A stretch of 45,370 bases of DNA from an uncultured bacterium (GTDB lineage Bacteria > Patescibacteriota > Minisyncoccia > Phycocordibacterales > JAACPR01), in NCBI GenBank assembly GCA_937858275.1, contig CALLZK010000021.1, forward strand, positions 1-45,370. The letters are read 5' to 3'. Positions within the stretch are counted from its first letter, which is position 1; every line of letters starts with the position of its first letter. Positions 43,348-45,370 of this stretch are shown here, piece after piece. The notes beneath the pieces are model-generated. The model was not told the DNA's origin, ran no database searches, and saw only the letters and a program-made list of their open reading frames with translations. The position numbers and the translations under genes are program-made.

Positions 43348-44631
43348 ATGCCTTTTATACTTAGAATAATATTGCAAAGAATTCTGCTTTTTATATATTC
43401 AGTTTTAACTTTTCTTGGAATTGCACCACAAGCCCAAATAGCAACACCAGAAGAGGTCGCCATAATTCAGGAACAAAGAAGAGAAAGAATATCTGACATA
43501 CTTTCTGAAAGACCATCACAAACACAAATAGCAGAAATAGAAAAGAGAGATTTGGAAAACCCAAGCACAATGGATGTGCTAGAAAAAACCAATCCAGAAT
43601 TACCCGTTACACCAATCACAAAATCGCCAACTCCAACCATTGCACCAACTCCAACCATTGCACCAACTCCAACCGTCACACCAACAACTCAGCCGTCAAC
43701 ACAAATACCAATCACACCAACTCAAGCCACAACCCCAACTTCCCCAACACCAGCAACACCAAAAATTATTCCAGAAAGTCCCATATTACAGCCCCAATCA
43801 ATTCAACAAAAAAACATATCTGTTGAAGATGTTTTGGTAAACACGGTTTGTGTTGAAAGAAGTGGAAATTCAATAAGTGTGACAACTGGTAGTGGTGTAA
43901 TCATATCTCCACAAGGAGTAATATTAACAAATGCTCATGTTGCTCAATTTTTTATTTTACAAGATTACAACAAAAGTGTTGATTGTGCAGTTTATAAAGA
44001 AAACATACCGACATACGGATACAAAGCAGAAATACTTTATATATCAAAAGAATGGATAAATAGAAATTACAATTTAATTAGAGAAAAAACAGCCAGAGGT
44101 ACCGGAGAATATGACTATGCCTTACTTTATATTACAAAAAACACAAATCCAACAATTTCAATTCCCCAATCTTTTCCATCAGCCAGATTGGCACTTTCAC
44201 AAAGTCCAAATGTTGGATACGAAGTATTGGTTGCTGGATATCCTGGAGGTCCAACAAGTATTTTGGACTTAACACGATCTGTAAAACTCCGAACTGCTTT
44301 TGTAAACATATTAGACATATTTACATTTGGCGGAAACAATCCTGATATTTTTACAGTTTCCAGATCAGAAGTTGGAGCAAAAGGTGCATCTGGCGGTGGA
44401 GTATTTTTATCAAAAAATGATAATTTGGATTTGTTAGGTGTTATAGTCACAACAGACGGAACTGGTGGAAATGCAAAAATAAATGCCATCACAACAAATT
44501 ATATTAATCGAGCAATACAATCAGAAACTGGAAATAATTTGAATTATTATCTTTCTGGAAACCTAAAAAGCAAGTCAGAACAATTTAGCAGTGTTCACCT
44601 AAAAGATTTGGCATCACTTTTGATTAAATAA
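43348..44631 (+). CDS. Membrane-anchored trypsin-like (S1) serine protease with a Pro/Thr-rich stalk
   Basis: GSGVII..ILTNAHVA (His), DYALL (Asp) and GASGGGVF (Ser); PT-rich linker. Confidence 0.9.
   Translation: MPFILRIILQRILLFIYSVLTFLGIAPQAQIATPEEVAIIQEQRRERISDILSERPSQTQIAEIEKRDLENPSTMDVLEKTNPELPVTPITKSPTPTIAPTPTIAPTPTVTPTTQPSTQIPITPTQATTPTSPTPATPKIIPESPILQPQSIQQKNISVEDVLVNTVCVERSGNSISVTTGSGVIISPQGVILTNAHVAQFFILQDYNKSVDCAVYKENIPTYGYKAEILYISKEWINRNYNLIREKTARGTGEYDYALLYITKNTNPTISIPQSFPSARLALSQSPNVGYEVLVAGYPGGPTSILDLTRSVKLRTAFVNILDIFTFGGNNPDIFTVSRSEVGAKGASGGGVFLSKNDNLDLLGVIVTTDGTGGNAKINAITTNYINRAIQSETGNNLNYYLSGNLKSKSEQFSSVHLKDLASLLIK
43627..43680 (+). repeat. 18-bp x3 coding tandem repeat (PTPTIA)
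   Basis: CCAACTCCAACCATTGCA twice, then CCAACTCCAACCGTCACA. Confidence 0.9.
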
Positions 44632-44976
44632 TTAATTATTTTTATTTTGTTTATTAATTAATTTTTTCAACTCATCAAAATCATCTTTAATATTAAATTT
44701 GTTGTTTTTTTCTTTAAGACAAATAATGCATCGATGTTTTATATAAAAATACTTCCCCTTTGTGTATGCAAAAATCGGCTCCATTAATCCAGAGCATTTT
44801 TCCAAACGATCTCCAGGATTTATGTCTACATGTTTTGACCAAAGACATTTTTGACAATGATTTGTGTAGCCGTCTCCCCTATTCAAAAAACCACATTTTT
44901 CGCAAACAAAATCCTCAATTTTTTTTTGAAATTTTTTTGTTTGAGATGTGTCTTTTTTTAAATTATCAGAATTCAT
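44632..44976 (-). CDS. RNHCP-domain protein
   Basis: EDFVCEKCG..YTNHCQKCLWSKHVD..PGDR..CSGLMEP..HRCIIC. Confidence 0.9.
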   Translation of the reverse strand: MNSDNLKKDTSQTKKFQKKIEDFVCEKCGFLNRGDGYTNHCQKCLWSKHVDINPGDRLEKCSGLMEPIFAYTKGKYFYIKHRCIICLKEKNNKFNIKDDFDELKKLINKQNKNN

Positions 44977-45077
44977 TTTTTAAATAAAAATTATAAAATA
45001 AATTAAATTTAAATTTATACTATCATTTGATTTGATATATGCAATATTTTAGTGTATTATCTTGTTATGTAGCATTA

Positions 45078-45150
45078 CGGAGCGTGGTGTAACGGCTAAC
45101 ATGCTCGCTTTGGGAGCGAGTGACTCCGGGTTCGAATCCCGGCGCTCCGA
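45078..45150 (+). tRNA. tRNA-Pro (anticodon TGG), CCA not encoded
   Basis: CGGAGCG / CGCTCCG acceptor; CTCGC-TTTGGGA-GCGAG; GGTTCGAATCC. Confidence 0.97.
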
Positions 45151-45252
45151 CTATAATCTGTACTTTCTCTGTAATTTTAGCATAGGACAAAATTTTTGAA
45201 AAAAGGATAAAGTAAAAAGAGAAAAGAGAATAAGTTTCTAAGTGCCAAAGTA

Positions 45253-45370
45253 TCATTTGCGAGATAGAAAAACAAACTGAACGTCGCCAAACCATCCGCT
45301 GTCAGGGTCCGCGAAGTTGGCATTCAGCCACGATTCAGAATCGTTCCGATTGACGTTGAACACGTTCGGA
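45253..45370 (-). CDS. 3' end of a probable DGR target gene (variable repeat), truncated by the window edge
   Basis: The minus frame reads PNVFNVNRNDSESWLNANFADPDSGWFGDVQFVFLSRK*, matching the CPR DGR target C-terminal pattern as I recall it. About 52% GC (31/60 in 45301-45360). Confidence 0.75.
   Translation of the reverse strand, partial: PNVFNVNRNDSESWLNANFADPDSGWFGDVQFVFLSRK

Noticed and set aside
43109-43463. ORFs 43109-43291(-) and 43278-43463(-)
   Set aside because: They overlap tRNA-Gly or lie antisense to the protease.
1-45250. DGR template repeat, RT or Avd within the window
   Set aside because: I saw no second copy of the 45253-45370 sequence and no YxDD-type reverse transcriptase ORF.
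45065-45295. 76-aa minus ORF in the track
   Set aside because: It runs antisense through tRNA-Pro; the meaningful frame is the one ending at the TGA at 45253-45255.
1-45370. Alternative genetic code 25 (Gracilibacteria/Absconditabacteria)
   Set aside because: Conserved genes read through intact in code 11, and TGA serves as a stop in ATGA overlaps (22888, 30573).

Overview
An AT-rich (roughly 25-30% GC by eye), genetic-code-11 chromosomal segment that looks like a Patescibacteria/CPR (Parcubacteria-like) genome. This assignment is inferred from the PPIase-less trigger factor, TrmB regulator, split ComEC, RNHCP protein, type IV pilus genes, divergent S12 and general lack of Shine-Dalgarno sites. 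Left to right: (1) a cluster of four surface or membrane Cys-rich genes (1-5572) built from shared modules, including a thrombospondin type-1 repeat, with duplicated expression cassettes; (2) rpsL-rpsG-fusA without an adjacent tuf, an M50 protease, rpmB, a ComEC-type MBL nuclease and a large GNAT protein; (3) a GC-rich island (about 13.7-16.06 kb) transcribed leftward from a near-consensus sigma70 promoter facing a TrmB regulator. It has an about 870-nt ORF-free structured leader with three boxA-like motifs and repeated AGAGGAGAG motifs, a DEDDh exonuclease whose RBS and start codon are both buried in hairpins, an orphan gene, and a terminal rod-like RNA exposing the complementary CUCUCUCCUCU; (4) rnhA, comEC, a type II restriction-modification pair, sod, recJ, HIT, tpiA; (5) a type IV pilus operon with an embedded Cys-free family-4 UDG; (6) nusA, ppa, tig, clpP, rny, hup, tRNA-Gly, a serine protease, an RNHCP protein and tRNA-Pro; (7) at the right edge, the 3' end of a probable diversity-generating retroelement (DGR) target gene. 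No CRISPR array, rRNA, integrase, transposase or reverse transcriptase was seen. All calls were made by eye; no database searches or folding programs were run.
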